Program-made: the position numbers and the translations under genes
Notes under the pieces: model-generated
Seen by the model: the letters and a program-made list of their open reading frames with translations, nothing else
Told to the model about the DNA's origin: nothing
Database searches by the model: none
In this document: positions 1 through 8,182 of the stretch, piece by piece
How the letters are laid out: each line of letters begins with the position of its first letter
Position numbering within the stretch: position 1 is the first letter of the stretch
IMG/VR virus record: IMGVR_UViG_3300032046_004423
Location: 95,358 to 109,607 of that record
DNA length: 14,250 nt
Direction: 5' to 3' (one strand)
Origin: a virus
Lineage: Duplodnaviria > Heunggongvirae > Uroviricota > Caudoviricetes

Positions 1-207
1 TATATGGACACCCTGTATAACATTTGTCACAAACCCTAAACCCATGCGTGCTAGGGTTCTAAGGCTATGCTGTCCCAATCTCATTGGAACTATAGGATAT
101 ACAATAGAGACGCTATGCCCCCTAGCACACAGATGGTTAGCATACTCAAATATAACTCTAATCCCACCATATAACCCAATGCCTGGTGCTATGAATGTTA
201 TTTTCAT
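1..207 (-). CDS. Glycosyltransferase, GT-B fold / family 4-like, N-terminal 69 aa (runs off the window edge; not in ORF track)
   Basis: Manual translation from ATG at 207: MKITFIAPGIGLYGGIRVIFEYANHLCARGHSVSIVYP..., open to position 1. The MKI-x-F...GG-x-RV...AN-x-L-x-x-RGH-x-V pattern is the typical GT4 N-terminus. ATG overlaps the TGA of the upstream ORF (ATGA, 204-207). Confidence 0.85.
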   Translation of the reverse strand, partial: MKITFIAPGIGLYGGIRVIFEYANHLCARGHSVSIVYPIVPMRLGQHSLRTLARMGLGFVTNVIQGVHI

Positions 208-389
208 AGTTTATTAACCTGCTCCTTGAAGTCAGCGAGCATCTGGCTAACATCATTAGTATCCTCAGGATATAGTGCTAGTTCAAGAGTTCCAGTTGAG
301 TATCTTGTTAGGGCTACAAACAATCCTTCTCCAAACTTCATTACTAGGTGACTCCCGCTAACTTTAATCTCTAACTGCCTTTTTGGCAT
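204..389 (-). CDS. Hypothetical protein, 61 aa
   Basis: AGGAGG 7 nt before ATG (inside the radical SAM 3' end); stop coupled to the glycosyltransferase start. Confidence 0.7.
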   Translation of the reverse strand: MPKRQLEIKVSGSHLVMKFGEGLFVALTRYSTGTLELALYPEDTNDVSQMLADFKEQVNKL

Positions 390-1449
390 TCTTACCTCCT
401 ATAAGCATTCGTGGGTGTTTTAGAAAGTATAGTATATAAGGATAGAAGCTAGTCTCAAAGCTCCAGCGAGTACCCCATGCATTTAGGCACCCTTGGCAAT
501 TCCTGACTATTCCTCGAACTCCTACTGCCCTAGGGCTGTGCCAGAGTTCTGTGGGGGAACTTTCTCTAACATTACCCGCTTTAGTATCCCAAAGACTCAG
601 ACAAGGTACAATATCACCATTACACTGCAGCGCACAGAATGTATCCATAGCAAAACAGTGAAATTTGATAGGTTTGCCTGCCAGCCATTTAAGCCATAGT
701 TCACGGAGAATCGGGTACGGTAATGACTCAACAGCTTTAACCATAGAACCATTATTGCTAGCTAAATCCTTGCCTATATTATCGTAGAATGAGGACTGGC
801 TGTACCACTGCACAAGAAGTTCTATCCCCAGACTTTTAGCATATGTCTTGACATCATCCAGATAAGGTAGTGTATAGTTGCTAAGCGTAAAACCAAATAT
901 AGAGGATACCCTTTCATTCCCGTACTTCTTACTCAGAACTATAAGTTTATGAGATAATCCGTCTATCTTTTCAAAATTACCCTTAACGCCCCTTATCAAA
1001 TCATGACCTTCTCCTACTGCATCTAAAGATAATCCAACTCCCAAGTTGATATTATGCTGAATTGCAAACTCAACTGCACTCATCGCTCTATCAGGTAACA
1101 AGCCATTAGTACTTAAGGTTAAGTTAGCATTAGGAAGAGCTTTATGTTCTGCTAGAAGAATCTCATTGAAATCATCCCTGAGGGTAGGTTCACCCCCAGC
1201 ATTTAGTATGCACCTTACATCCCTAAAAAGTGGGTCACTAAGAGCCTCCTCTATTTCCTCAGGAGTTAATTCATTACCAACTGGTTCTTTACGCCATATA
1301 TCACAGTGAATGCAACGGGAGTTACATCTATCAGTAACCCCAAACCACAGCCATCTCGGTCTGAGTGAATAGCCTATAGCTCGCGGGACTAGATTCTTAA
1401 GCCCGTATCCTAAGTCTGTTAAGCCTTGTGTGATATACTTATTCATCAT
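364..1449 (-). CDS. Radical SAM protein with C-terminal SPASM/twitch-like domain
   Basis: CxxxCxxC motif (TDRCNSRCIHCDIW), GGEP and STNG motifs, C-terminal C-x7-C...NGDIVPC...GNV...CQGC Cys cluster. Confidence 0.92.
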   Translation of the reverse strand: MMNKYITQGLTDLGYGLKNLVPRAIGYSLRPRWLWFGVTDRCNSRCIHCDIWRKEPVGNELTPEEIEEALSDPLFRDVRCILNAGGEPTLRDDFNEILLAEHKALPNANLTLSTNGLLPDRAMSAVEFAIQHNINLGVGLSLDAVGEGHDLIRGVKGNFEKIDGLSHKLIVLSKKYGNERVSSIFGFTLSNYTLPYLDDVKTYAKSLGIELLVQWYSQSSFYDNIGKDLASNNGSMVKAVESLPYPILRELWLKWLAGKPIKFHCFAMDTFCALQCNGDIVPCLSLWDTKAGNVRESSPTELWHSPRAVGVRGIVRNCQGCLNAWGTRWSFETSFYPYILYFLKHPRMLIGGKNAKKAVRD

Positions 1450-1453
1450 CCTA

Positions 1454-2014
1454 CTAGTGAACTACTGCCCTTAAAGCTGTAATTGCCTGCTCAATTGTTC
1501 CCAATCTAGATATAACGTAGAACATCATAACCACAGCTACAACACTAGCACCAACAGCTATATACATTAGCATTCTCTCACCCTTACCAACCTTACCTTC
1601 CTCACCTACACCCTTAACTAAGTTAATTAACCACTGAGGGTCAAGTACAGCAGGTAACTCTTTTGATGATAGTGCTCCGGCTGGTGGATTTTGCCAATTA
1701 AGAGGGTCACTCCTTCCTCTCATGACTAGCGAACACCAAACTGTCTGCTGGAAAGATGATAATATCCTAGGCCATCCTATTGGATAGTCTACAAGCTTCA
1801 TTAAGTCATTCTTAAGTACCCACTCATCACTCCCATCCTTAATAAAGTCATCCTTATAAATCTTTAATAACTTAATACTTAGGGGCCTTCCCTTTTCAAT
1901 AATACAGCACAGATGTCTCCCCTTTATCTTTCCTCTTATAGCAAACTGTAGTACTAGAGGAAAAGACATAAATACAAGTATAAGTAAAACTACTGGCATC
2001 ATTACATTGGCCAT
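1454..2014 (-). CDS. Membrane protein, 186 aa, with N- and C-terminal hydrophobic helices
   Basis: GGGAGG 6 nt before ATG; hydrophobic segments VMMPVVLLILVFMSFPLVLQFAI and MLMYIAVGASVVAVVMMFYVI. Confidence 0.75.
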   Translation of the reverse strand: MANVMMPVVLLILVFMSFPLVLQFAIRGKIKGRHLCCIIEKGRPLSIKLLKIYKDDFIKDGSDEWVLKNDLMKLVDYPIGWPRILSSFQQTVWCSLVMRGRSDPLNWQNPPAGALSSKELPAVLDPQWLINLVKGVGEEGKVGKGERMLMYIAVGASVVAVVMMFYVISRLGTIEQAITALRAVVH

Positions 2015-2090
2015 TAAAAACCTCCCTTTTAAATTCCATAACTAAACTCATAGACTAACTCACTTCCTTTATAAACTTCCTAAATGCTAA

Positions 2091-2435
2091 CTATGATAGT
2101 ACCTTCTGGAAGATAGATACGAAGGTCATCACGAGTCCCCATACAAACATAGCCATTAAAGGGGTCCAAATTATCCACTTAACATAAATCCAGCCTCCCT
2201 GTATAAAAGCAAAGTCCCAAATAGCTGCCTTAAATAGTGCTCCAAAGTAGTTTGGAACAAAAGCGATTATATCAAGCATACCCCAAGACTCCTCACTTCC
2301 TACTTGCCTCCAAAGAAGTAAGGTATTAAGCGTACTTTGATGACTTGAACCAATTGTTCCCTGTTCTATAATTAAGCCTAGTATAGTCCCAACTACAAAT
2401 AAGAACACAAAGAAAGCTATATATTTCGGTGGCAT
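2091..2435 (-). CDS. Small integral membrane protein, 114 aa (putative virion membrane protein)
   Basis: AGGAG SD; start overlaps the upstream stop (TAATG); 2-3 hydrophobic helices (YIAFFVFLFVVGTILGLII; WIIWTPLMAMFVWGLVMTFVSIF). Confidence 0.75.
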   Translation of the reverse strand: MPPKYIAFFVFLFVVGTILGLIIEQGTIGSSHQSTLNTLLLWRQVGSEESWGMLDIIAFVPNYFGALFKAAIWDFAFIQGGWIYVKWIIWTPLMAMFVWGLVMTFVSIFQKVLS

Positions 2436-5263
2436 TACATACTCCTTGAGGCAACTAGATATGCACTACTAAATATAGCATAAACTATAGGTATCCACCA
2501 ACCAACACCACCAGTACTAGCCCCCACTGCTAAGCCAATACCAGTAGCTATAACAGCTAATAGAGCACTACCAGTCGCGACTGCTACTCCTACTCCTATC
2601 ATAATAGCCGCAAATATCATTAGAACTTCATATAGTGTATTCGTAGTCCACCCAAGTTCAACAGCTGCAGGCTGAATCAAGTCGAAAGGAAGCCAGCCTA
2701 TAGTAGTAATTTCCTCCTCCTGTTCCCATAAAGTAACATTGCCAGGTAATGGGAGTACAACAGGTAACTCACCCTCTTCAGTTGGTGCTGATATATAAGT
2801 AGTCATACTTTTTAAACCTCCCACTACTATAGTCAGGTTAGAATTTGAACCCCAAGCTATAGTACCATTATTACTACCTACTCTATCAACCAAGGTTGTA
2901 CCACTTATTATCGTATTTGGTTGGAACAGTAATTTTTGCACCCCATTTACAGTAATGCTAGTATAGTTCATATAAGGCATTACATTATTCTCTATCAACT
3001 TCCAGTTAGTAGAGTTAGTAGCAACACTCCAGTTGCCTAGACTAGTACTGCCCCCTTGAGTACCATCTATCCAAATAGAAAGATATCCCCCATGCCCACT
3101 AGCAATTGTACCATTAGCCATTACTTTGATTATATGCTCTCCACCTGAAATCCCTGTAGCAGTAGCATTTATTGTAGTAGCCGTTTCATTACACCCAAAG
3201 TCAAATTCAAGGAGGTCGATGGAACTTGGATATGTAGCAGTATTGTGAAATTTAATCCTTGCTTTAGTCACAGAATATGTCCCCCCCAGACTCTTATCAA
3301 TCCACATACCATCTGTAAAAGTACCATTATAAACATCGTGCCAAGCACTACTATAGTATACATCTAAATCCACAAGGTCTACAAAACCATACGAGTTACT
3401 AGTATAAAATCTCAGCTTACTACAGTTTGTAGCAGTAATAGTTAGATTCAAAAAGCTTCCCCACGAACTCGCAGGGATATCAGGCTCAGCTCCCACTACA
3501 CCGAAAGCATCATCATAAGCATAAGTCTCAAGACCCCATTTACTATCTGCATCTTCATATCCAGTTGGTGAAGTCCAGTTTATAACACCAAGTATTGATG
3601 AAGTTATATTACCAGTACCACTCACATATGTTCTAATAACATTCTGCTTATAACTTAAATTCCCAACAACAGAGGTATTGACATATCCATCCTGCTCAAT
3701 AATAAAGTTATTTGCTAGTCCTAAAGTAGCACTATCTGCAACTGTTACATTACCACCATTACCAGTTATTAAACCAAATGAAGGATTAGCAGGACTATAT
3801 CCTGTCTCAAACCTATACTGCCTCTGCTGATTAGCTATCAAACTAGGAATAAAGACACCAATCTTATCATCAGCTACCATATATAATCCTTCAGTTGTCC
3901 CCTCAAACATCCTGGTATCTAAACAAGTACTACTCAAGTAACCAAAATCTATAGCTTGCGCGGTACCGAAAGGAACCAAAGCTGGAACACCAATTCTATC
4001 AGTAACCGATATATCAATTATGGTTATTTCAGACCTATAGGCCCCAGAACTATATATTACTGCCTCAGTAAGAAGCTGAACAGTAGTTCCATATCCCGTA
4101 CCTGCTGAGTTAATAGCATAAGCCCTAACACGGTAACTCGTATCTGGACTTAAACTAGCTATAACTTTAGTATAAGAACCGTTGCCAAAACTACCGCTAT
4201 CATAAGCTATGCTACTAGAAGTAGTAGGATCCCCCGAGGTACCCTCCATATAGCAGAAACCTCTACTAGTACAATTCTCACCACCAGTATCAGTGATATT
4301 TCCATTACCTGTAGCATAGGTTGTTCCTATACCAGATACCTCCTGAGTAGTAACTGTAGGTATTACTATCCCCGGTGTCTCATAACTTACTATAACTAAA
4401 CCGGAACCACCAGCCATACCAACCTGTAGTTCTCCACCACCACCCCCACCCCCACCTGTATTTACTGTTCCCGCTACTGCTGCAATTGGTCCACCACCAT
4501 CCTTACCTGCTCCTGCTCCCCCACCACCTAGACCACCAGGAGCTACAGCTGTAATTAAATTGTGGGTACTACCTCCACCACCACCAGCATAGTAAACAGA
4601 TGAACCAGAAATCGAACAAGCCGTCCCATTACCTCCCTTACCTCCCCCTGCTGCACCACCATTAGCACCAACTACACTAGCTCCACCTCCACCACCTGCA
4701 CAATGGTAGGTAGCGCCAGAGCCAGCCCCACCATCGTATCCCTGCCTCGGAGAAATATAGTCAGCATCCCCTCCAGCCCCAGATTCTTGCCCTCCACCTC
4801 CACCAGAACCCCCAGGAGATCCTGCATGGTTAATATAGTATCCTCCTCCACCACCCCCGATTGCAGTTAGTATATCAAATACAGAATTACTGCCATTAGT
4901 TCCTTGACCTGAACTTGCACCAGCACCTCCATCCCCAACTGTAACAGTTAATTCCGCTTCAGGTATAACAGTATAAGTCGCATTATAAATAAAACCTCCT
5001 GCACCACCTCCACCACCCTCGCCTGTAGTATCATTACCACCACCACCACCCCCACCTGCTACTACTAAAACTTTTACTGAAGTTACTCCAATAGGTACTG
5101 TCCATTTACCCCCAACAGGAGTAGAGTTAAAAGCTACAATAGTTTCTCCCGAAGCAAAAGTAGAACTGCTAGGAATAGCTAGTAACGTTCCAACTAGCAT
5201 ACCTACTATAAGTAAAGTTGGTAGTAGATACCCTACAGGTCTATTTAGCTTTTTAAACATCAA
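2435..5263 (-). CDS. Large secreted, C-terminally membrane-anchored Gly-rich adhesin/spike-like protein, 942 aa
   Basis: Signal-peptide-like N-terminus (...AIPSSSTFA|SG); Gly-rich domain about aa 42-294 (VKVLVVAGGGGGG...GGSGLVIVSY); FN3-like domain about aa 302-399 (PTVTT...ATGNGNITDTGG...RGFCY...YRVRAYAINSAGTGYG); DUF2341-like stretch (YRSEITI...LDTRM); beta-rich S/T/N region; C-terminal TM helices. GGGGAGG SD. Confidence 0.8.
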   Translation of the reverse strand: MMFKKLNRPVGYLLPTLLIVGMLVGTLLAIPSSSTFASGETIVAFNSTPVGGKWTVPIGVTSVKVLVVAGGGGGGGNDTTGEGGGGGAGGFIYNATYTVIPEAELTVTVGDGGAGASSGQGTNGSNSVFDILTAIGGGGGGYYINHAGSPGGSGGGGGQESGAGGDADYISPRQGYDGGAGSGATYHCAGGGGGASVVGANGGAAGGGKGGNGTACSISGSSVYYAGGGGGSTHNLITAVAPGGLGGGGAGAGKDGGGPIAAVAGTVNTGGGGGGGGELQVGMAGGSGLVIVSYETPGIVIPTVTTQEVSGIGTTYATGNGNITDTGGENCTSRGFCYMEGTSGDPTTSSSIAYDSGSFGNGSYTKVIASLSPDTSYRVRAYAINSAGTGYGTTVQLLTEAVIYSSGAYRSEITIIDISVTDRIGVPALVPFGTAQAIDFGYLSSTCLDTRMFEGTTEGLYMVADDKIGVFIPSLIANQQRQYRFETGYSPANPSFGLITGNGGNVTVADSATLGLANNFIIEQDGYVNTSVVGNLSYKQNVIRTYVSGTGNITSSILGVINWTSPTGYEDADSKWGLETYAYDDAFGVVGAEPDIPASSWGSFLNLTITATNCSKLRFYTSNSYGFVDLVDLDVYYSSAWHDVYNGTFTDGMWIDKSLGGTYSVTKARIKFHNTATYPSSIDLLEFDFGCNETATTINATATGISGGEHIIKVMANGTIASGHGGYLSIWIDGTQGGSTSLGNWSVATNSTNWKLIENNVMPYMNYTSITVNGVQKLLFQPNTIISGTTLVDRVGSNNGTIAWGSNSNLTIVVGGLKSMTTYISAPTEEGELPVVLPLPGNVTLWEQEEEITTIGWLPFDLIQPAAVELGWTTNTLYEVLMIFAAIMIGVGVAVATGSALLAVIATGIGLAVGASTGGVGWWIPIVYAIFSSAYLVASRSM

Positions 5264-6282
5264 CCAAACCTCCCCAGTATGAATGTAACACTAAACATTA
5301 GTACAGCCATAAAAGCAGCAATAAAGGTAATAGTCAAGGATAGTATCCCGATAATATTCCCAACAAATAAGAATGGTATACTTACAGCAATAGCTACTGG
5401 TACCGAGTGAGTAGCTATGAATATCCTACCAGCTAGAATAAAAAATAGGATAGACAAACCAAGCCCCCCTACTACACTACCCATCCCATTCTTTCCAGTA
5501 ACCCATACTCCCAAGCCCTCAAGTGCAGTTGCTAATCTAGCCCCCTCTCTACTTGTCAATGTATCCTGGTAAGTATTATTATATACCGGATCCGTATACT
5601 CAGGGTAAGTAGAAGCTACCTGAAAGATATCTGGGCATATACTATCTAGTCCAGGAATTGCCTCCTTGAACTTTACCATCCCAACAGAATTAAGCTTATC
5701 ACCCGAAGAGAGTAAAGTTATATTTCCCCAAGCATCCTCAAGTGATCCAGCCAGCACAATACACCAGTCAGCTAAATATAGTCTCGTTTCAGAAACAGAA
5801 CCCCCCTCAAGCCAGTTACTAGCTGTTAAGGTTACAGTTCTCATATTAGCACCCTCAGTTAAAGTAGGGAAATACGAGGGATTACCTACAACCCTAACTT
5901 TTAGCTCGTCATCTAACTCATAACCAAAACTAACTACCTGAGCTGCAGTTAGATACACCGAAATAAAGTTATACTGGTAATAATTAAGGGGCATATCAGG
6001 CCCCTTAATAGTATTATTCCAAATGCCAACTAGGAACGTATCCGAAGGATCCTCCCCAGGGTCAACAGTATAATTTAGGTCATACTCAACGACAAACAGC
6101 ATATCGCCACTTTCCCATAGTCCCCTGTAAGCTTTAACAGACTCAATATATATACTGTTAGGATTTCCTATAGTAGCATAAGCTGGTGTAGCTGCAAATA
6201 GTACTACTACCAGAACTACTAAAGGTAGTAGTTTATAGAGCAAATTCCTTACTCTCAAGTTCAACTCCAGACTGTCTAACAT
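5260..6282 (-). CDS. Secreted/membrane protein, 340 aa, with signal peptide and about three C-terminal TM helices
   Basis: KLLPLVVLVVVLFAATPAYA| resembles a signal peptidase I site; C-terminal hydrophobic helices; stop overlaps the start of the 942-aa gene. Exact start uncertain (overlaps the upstream gene by 50 nt). Confidence 0.78.
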   Translation of the reverse strand: MLDSLELNLRVRNLLYKLLPLVVLVVVLFAATPAYATIGNPNSIYIESVKAYRGLWESGDMLFVVEYDLNYTVDPGEDPSDTFLVGIWNNTIKGPDMPLNYYQYNFISVYLTAAQVVSFGYELDDELKVRVVGNPSYFPTLTEGANMRTVTLTASNWLEGGSVSETRLYLADWCIVLAGSLEDAWGNITLLSSGDKLNSVGMVKFKEAIPGLDSICPDIFQVASTYPEYTDPVYNNTYQDTLTSREGARLATALEGLGVWVTGKNGMGSVVGGLGLSILFFILAGRIFIATHSVPVAIAVSIPFLFVGNIIGILSLTITFIAAFMAVLMFSVTFILGRFG

Positions 6283-6556
6283 AACCCCTTCCAGTTAAAG
6301 TATCGAGTGCCCCTCTTATCTGCTCACTTGTTAGACCAGTAGCTACCGGTAAACTATCAAGAGAAGTATAACCCTCAATTACTGCATCATACACAATTCT
6401 CTCCTCAGGGGTCCATCCAGCAGTTAGAATTCTCCTAAACATACTACCATACTGTGTAGGAGTAAGCGACTGTACAAATCCAGGTACTCTCATAAAGTTA
6501 TTTAACTGACGTGGGTCAACTCTCGAGAACTCATCACCTTTAGCAACATACGGCAT
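6233..6556 (-). CDS. Winged-helix protein, paralog 4 (107 aa)
   Basis: AGGAGG SD; C-terminal EERIVYDAVIEGYTSLDSLPVATGLTSEQIRGALDTLTGRGYV, a wHTH-like pattern shared with three other genes in the window. Confidence 0.8.
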   Translation of the reverse strand: MPYVAKGDEFSRVDPRQLNNFMRVPGFVQSLTPTQYGSMFRRILTAGWTPEERIVYDAVIEGYTSLDSLPVATGLTSEQIRGALDTLTGRGYVRQSGVELESKEFAL

Positions 6557-6578
6557 TTTAACTAATTACCTCCTATAT

Positions 6579-7115
6579 TTACATTAACCACTTTCTTTTC
6601 CTTTTCCTTCTCTCTTCTGCGTCTACAGTAGTATCCCCAGTAGTACTAACTAGTCCCTTTTTCTTTAAGTTTTCAATAGCAATATCAATTTGGTCCCTAG
6701 TTAAACCAGTAACCTGCGTCATATCCTCATAAGTATTGTGGCCCTCAATTATTGCATCAAGGACTTTATATTCATCCGTCGCCTTAGATAACCAGCTGCC
6801 ATCCTCCAACTTAATATTTTCACCCCTAAACTCATTGAAACCCTCAATGCCTAGTCTGCTTAACATCTCCTGCTCGTCAGGAGGTAGAGCATTGTACTCT
6901 TCTCCTTTAACAAACTCCTCATTGGGTAGTACAACATTTCCTTTAGCCACCCACTCAGTTTTCCCTCTCTCTTTACCTATATATCCACCCCAACTCTGAG
7001 CTGCCTCAGGACTAATATCCTCCCTAACTGCTGTACTAGTTAGAAAGGTTTCTAATTGCCTCGGATCAATACCTTTTACCACAAACTTCACCTCCTTATC
7101 TTCCTTACTTACCAT
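6579..7115 (-). CDS. Winged-helix protein, paralog 3 (178 aa) with basic C-tail
   Basis: DEYKVLDAIIEGHNTYEDMTQVTGLTRDQIDIAIENLKKKGLV; ends EERRKRKRKWLM; shares the DPRQL motif with the 107-aa neighbour. Confidence 0.8.
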   Translation of the reverse strand: MVSKEDKEVKFVVKGIDPRQLETFLTSTAVREDISPEAAQSWGGYIGKERGKTEWVAKGNVVLPNEEFVKGEEYNALPPDEQEMLSRLGIEGFNEFRGENIKLEDGSWLSKATDEYKVLDAIIEGHNTYEDMTQVTGLTRDQIDIAIENLKKKGLVSTTGDTTVDAEERRKRKRKWLM

Positions 7116-7303
7116 AGTTTAGTCTTCCCTTTCTTTCCAGGTATATAAAGGTGTGCATTAGTAATAAGGGAATCAGGGTGTCTTACTCCTTTAGGTACCA
7201 ACTTCCCAAAAACCTTAAGAACCTTCCCAACGTTCTCTGTAGACTTCCTTCTTCTCTCTTCCCTAACAGTTTTTATATACTCTCTCATCAACTGTTCATC
7301 CAT
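7109..7303 (-). CDS. Small basic hypothetical protein, 64 aa
   Basis: Fits the gene packing (7-nt overlap with the downstream gene, abuts the upstream stop); K/R-rich. Confidence 0.65.
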   Translation of the reverse strand: MDEQLMREYIKTVREERRRKSTENVGKVLKVFGKLVPKGVRHPDSLITNAHLYIPGKKGKTKLW

Positions 7304-7507
7304 CTACTTAACCTCTCTTTCCTCAATAACCAAGCCTTCAGGCAGAATAATAATTGGGTTACCTTGTCTTACAAGTGAGCGCTCAACAACATAACCTCTC
7401 TTCTCCTCAACTATCTTTGCAGAAAAACCTCTTTCAAGAATCTCTCTAGCTTTAGAACCAGCTCCGCTTCTAGACCAGGCGAATTTAACTGGGATAAACT
7501 CAAGCAC
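7304..7507 (-). CDS. Hypothetical protein, 67 aa
   Basis: Same strand, tight packing, purine-rich AGAGTAGATAGG upstream of the start. Confidence 0.6.
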   Translation of the reverse strand: MLEFIPVKFAWSRSGAGSKAREILERGFSAKIVEEKRGYVVERSLVRQGNPIIILPEGLVIEEREVK

Positions 7508-7524
7508 CTATCTACTCTTTCAAC

Positions 7525-7794
7525 TTATAGATCTTCTGGCCTAGTTGGATTATAAATCCAATCAGGTTGACTTTCATACAACTCAGGATAAATTCTAAGC
7601 ATCAGCTTTATAAGATCCTCCTCCTGGCCAGAAAGCATTATTACCTCGTGATCTGGAATATCTATCTTACCTAGCTTCTCTACTAAACTCCTTGCTGCCT
7701 TCTCATATCCTCTAACTGGATGCCCCTTAACAAATTCTCTAAGAATAGGAAGAGCAGCCCTTTTTTCCTCTTTAAATACTGTCCAAAAGGCCAC
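7525..7794 (-). CDS. Hypothetical protein, 89 aa
   Basis: GTG start directly after the stop of a 32-aa basic ORF, GAGG 9 nt upstream. Confidence 0.65.
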   Translation of the reverse strand: MAFWTVFKEEKRAALPILREFVKGHPVRGYEKAARSLVEKLGKIDIPDHEVIMLSGQEEDLIKLMLRIYPELYESQPDWIYNPTRPEDL

Positions 7795-7893
7795 CTATCT
7801 GGACCTCAAGGACCTCAAAATACTTCTATGTTTAGCTTGGGCTCTTCTAGTGCTAGGTATCCTACTAAGTTTACTACGTTGCTTTCTCATCAT
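7795..7893 (-). CDS. Putative 32-aa arginine-rich, protamine-like peptide (not in ORF track)
   Basis: Manual translation MMRKQRSKLSRIPSTRRAQAKHRSILRSLRSR*: 9 R, 3 K, no acidic residues. Fills the gap between two genes; TAG abuts the next GTG; only a weak AGGA SD. Confidence 0.5.
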   Translation of the reverse strand: MMRKQRSKLSRIPSTRRAQAKHRSILRSLRSR

Positions 7894-7906
7894 AATCCTA
7901 ATGCTC

Positions 7907-8182
7907 TCACGGTAGAGTTAGTGTACTCTGCGTTTCCTCCGAAGCAGCACACTTAGCGTGAACTAGTCCCCCCACTCTAGGCTGAAAAATTATATCCCTA
8001 ATAGTAATATCTTTATCACAGATAGGACAGGTCCCAATATACTCCCTACACTTTAAGCAAGTATACTCAGTCCCAAAAATGGCACGCAAAAATCTCTCCT
8101 CAGGAGTACCTCCCTCAACATAACTTGCCCTACTGCACTTAGAGCAAATAGTTCTTATCTTTCCTTTAGGCCAACCTCTCAT
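7907..8182 (-). CDS. Zinc-finger protein, 91 aa (two predicted Zn sites)
   Basis: CSKC...CLKC...CPIC...HAKC; start overlaps the upstream stop (ATGA). Confidence 0.75.
   Translation of the reverse strand: MRGWPKGKIRTICSKCSRASYVEGGTPEERFLRAIFGTEYTCLKCREYIGTCPICDKDITIRDIIFQPRVGGLVHAKCAASEETQSTLTLP

Noticed and set aside
493-699. Plus-strand 68-aa ORF
   Set aside because: Antisense shadow inside the radical SAM gene; no SD or recognisable motif.
1897-2052. About 51-codon minus-strand ORF starting in the 2015-2090 intergenic gap (MSLVMEFKREVF...)
   Set aside because: Overlaps the 186-aa gene out of frame and contains that gene's SD; more simply a chance ORF.
4672-4854. Alternative-frame 60-aa ORF inside the adhesin gene
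   Set aside because: By-product of GGN-rich codons in the Gly-rich domain.
4380-5070. Runs of ccacc/cctcc resembling tandem repeats or a CRISPR-like array
   Set aside because: Explained by poly-Gly codons; no constant repeat-spacer periodicity.
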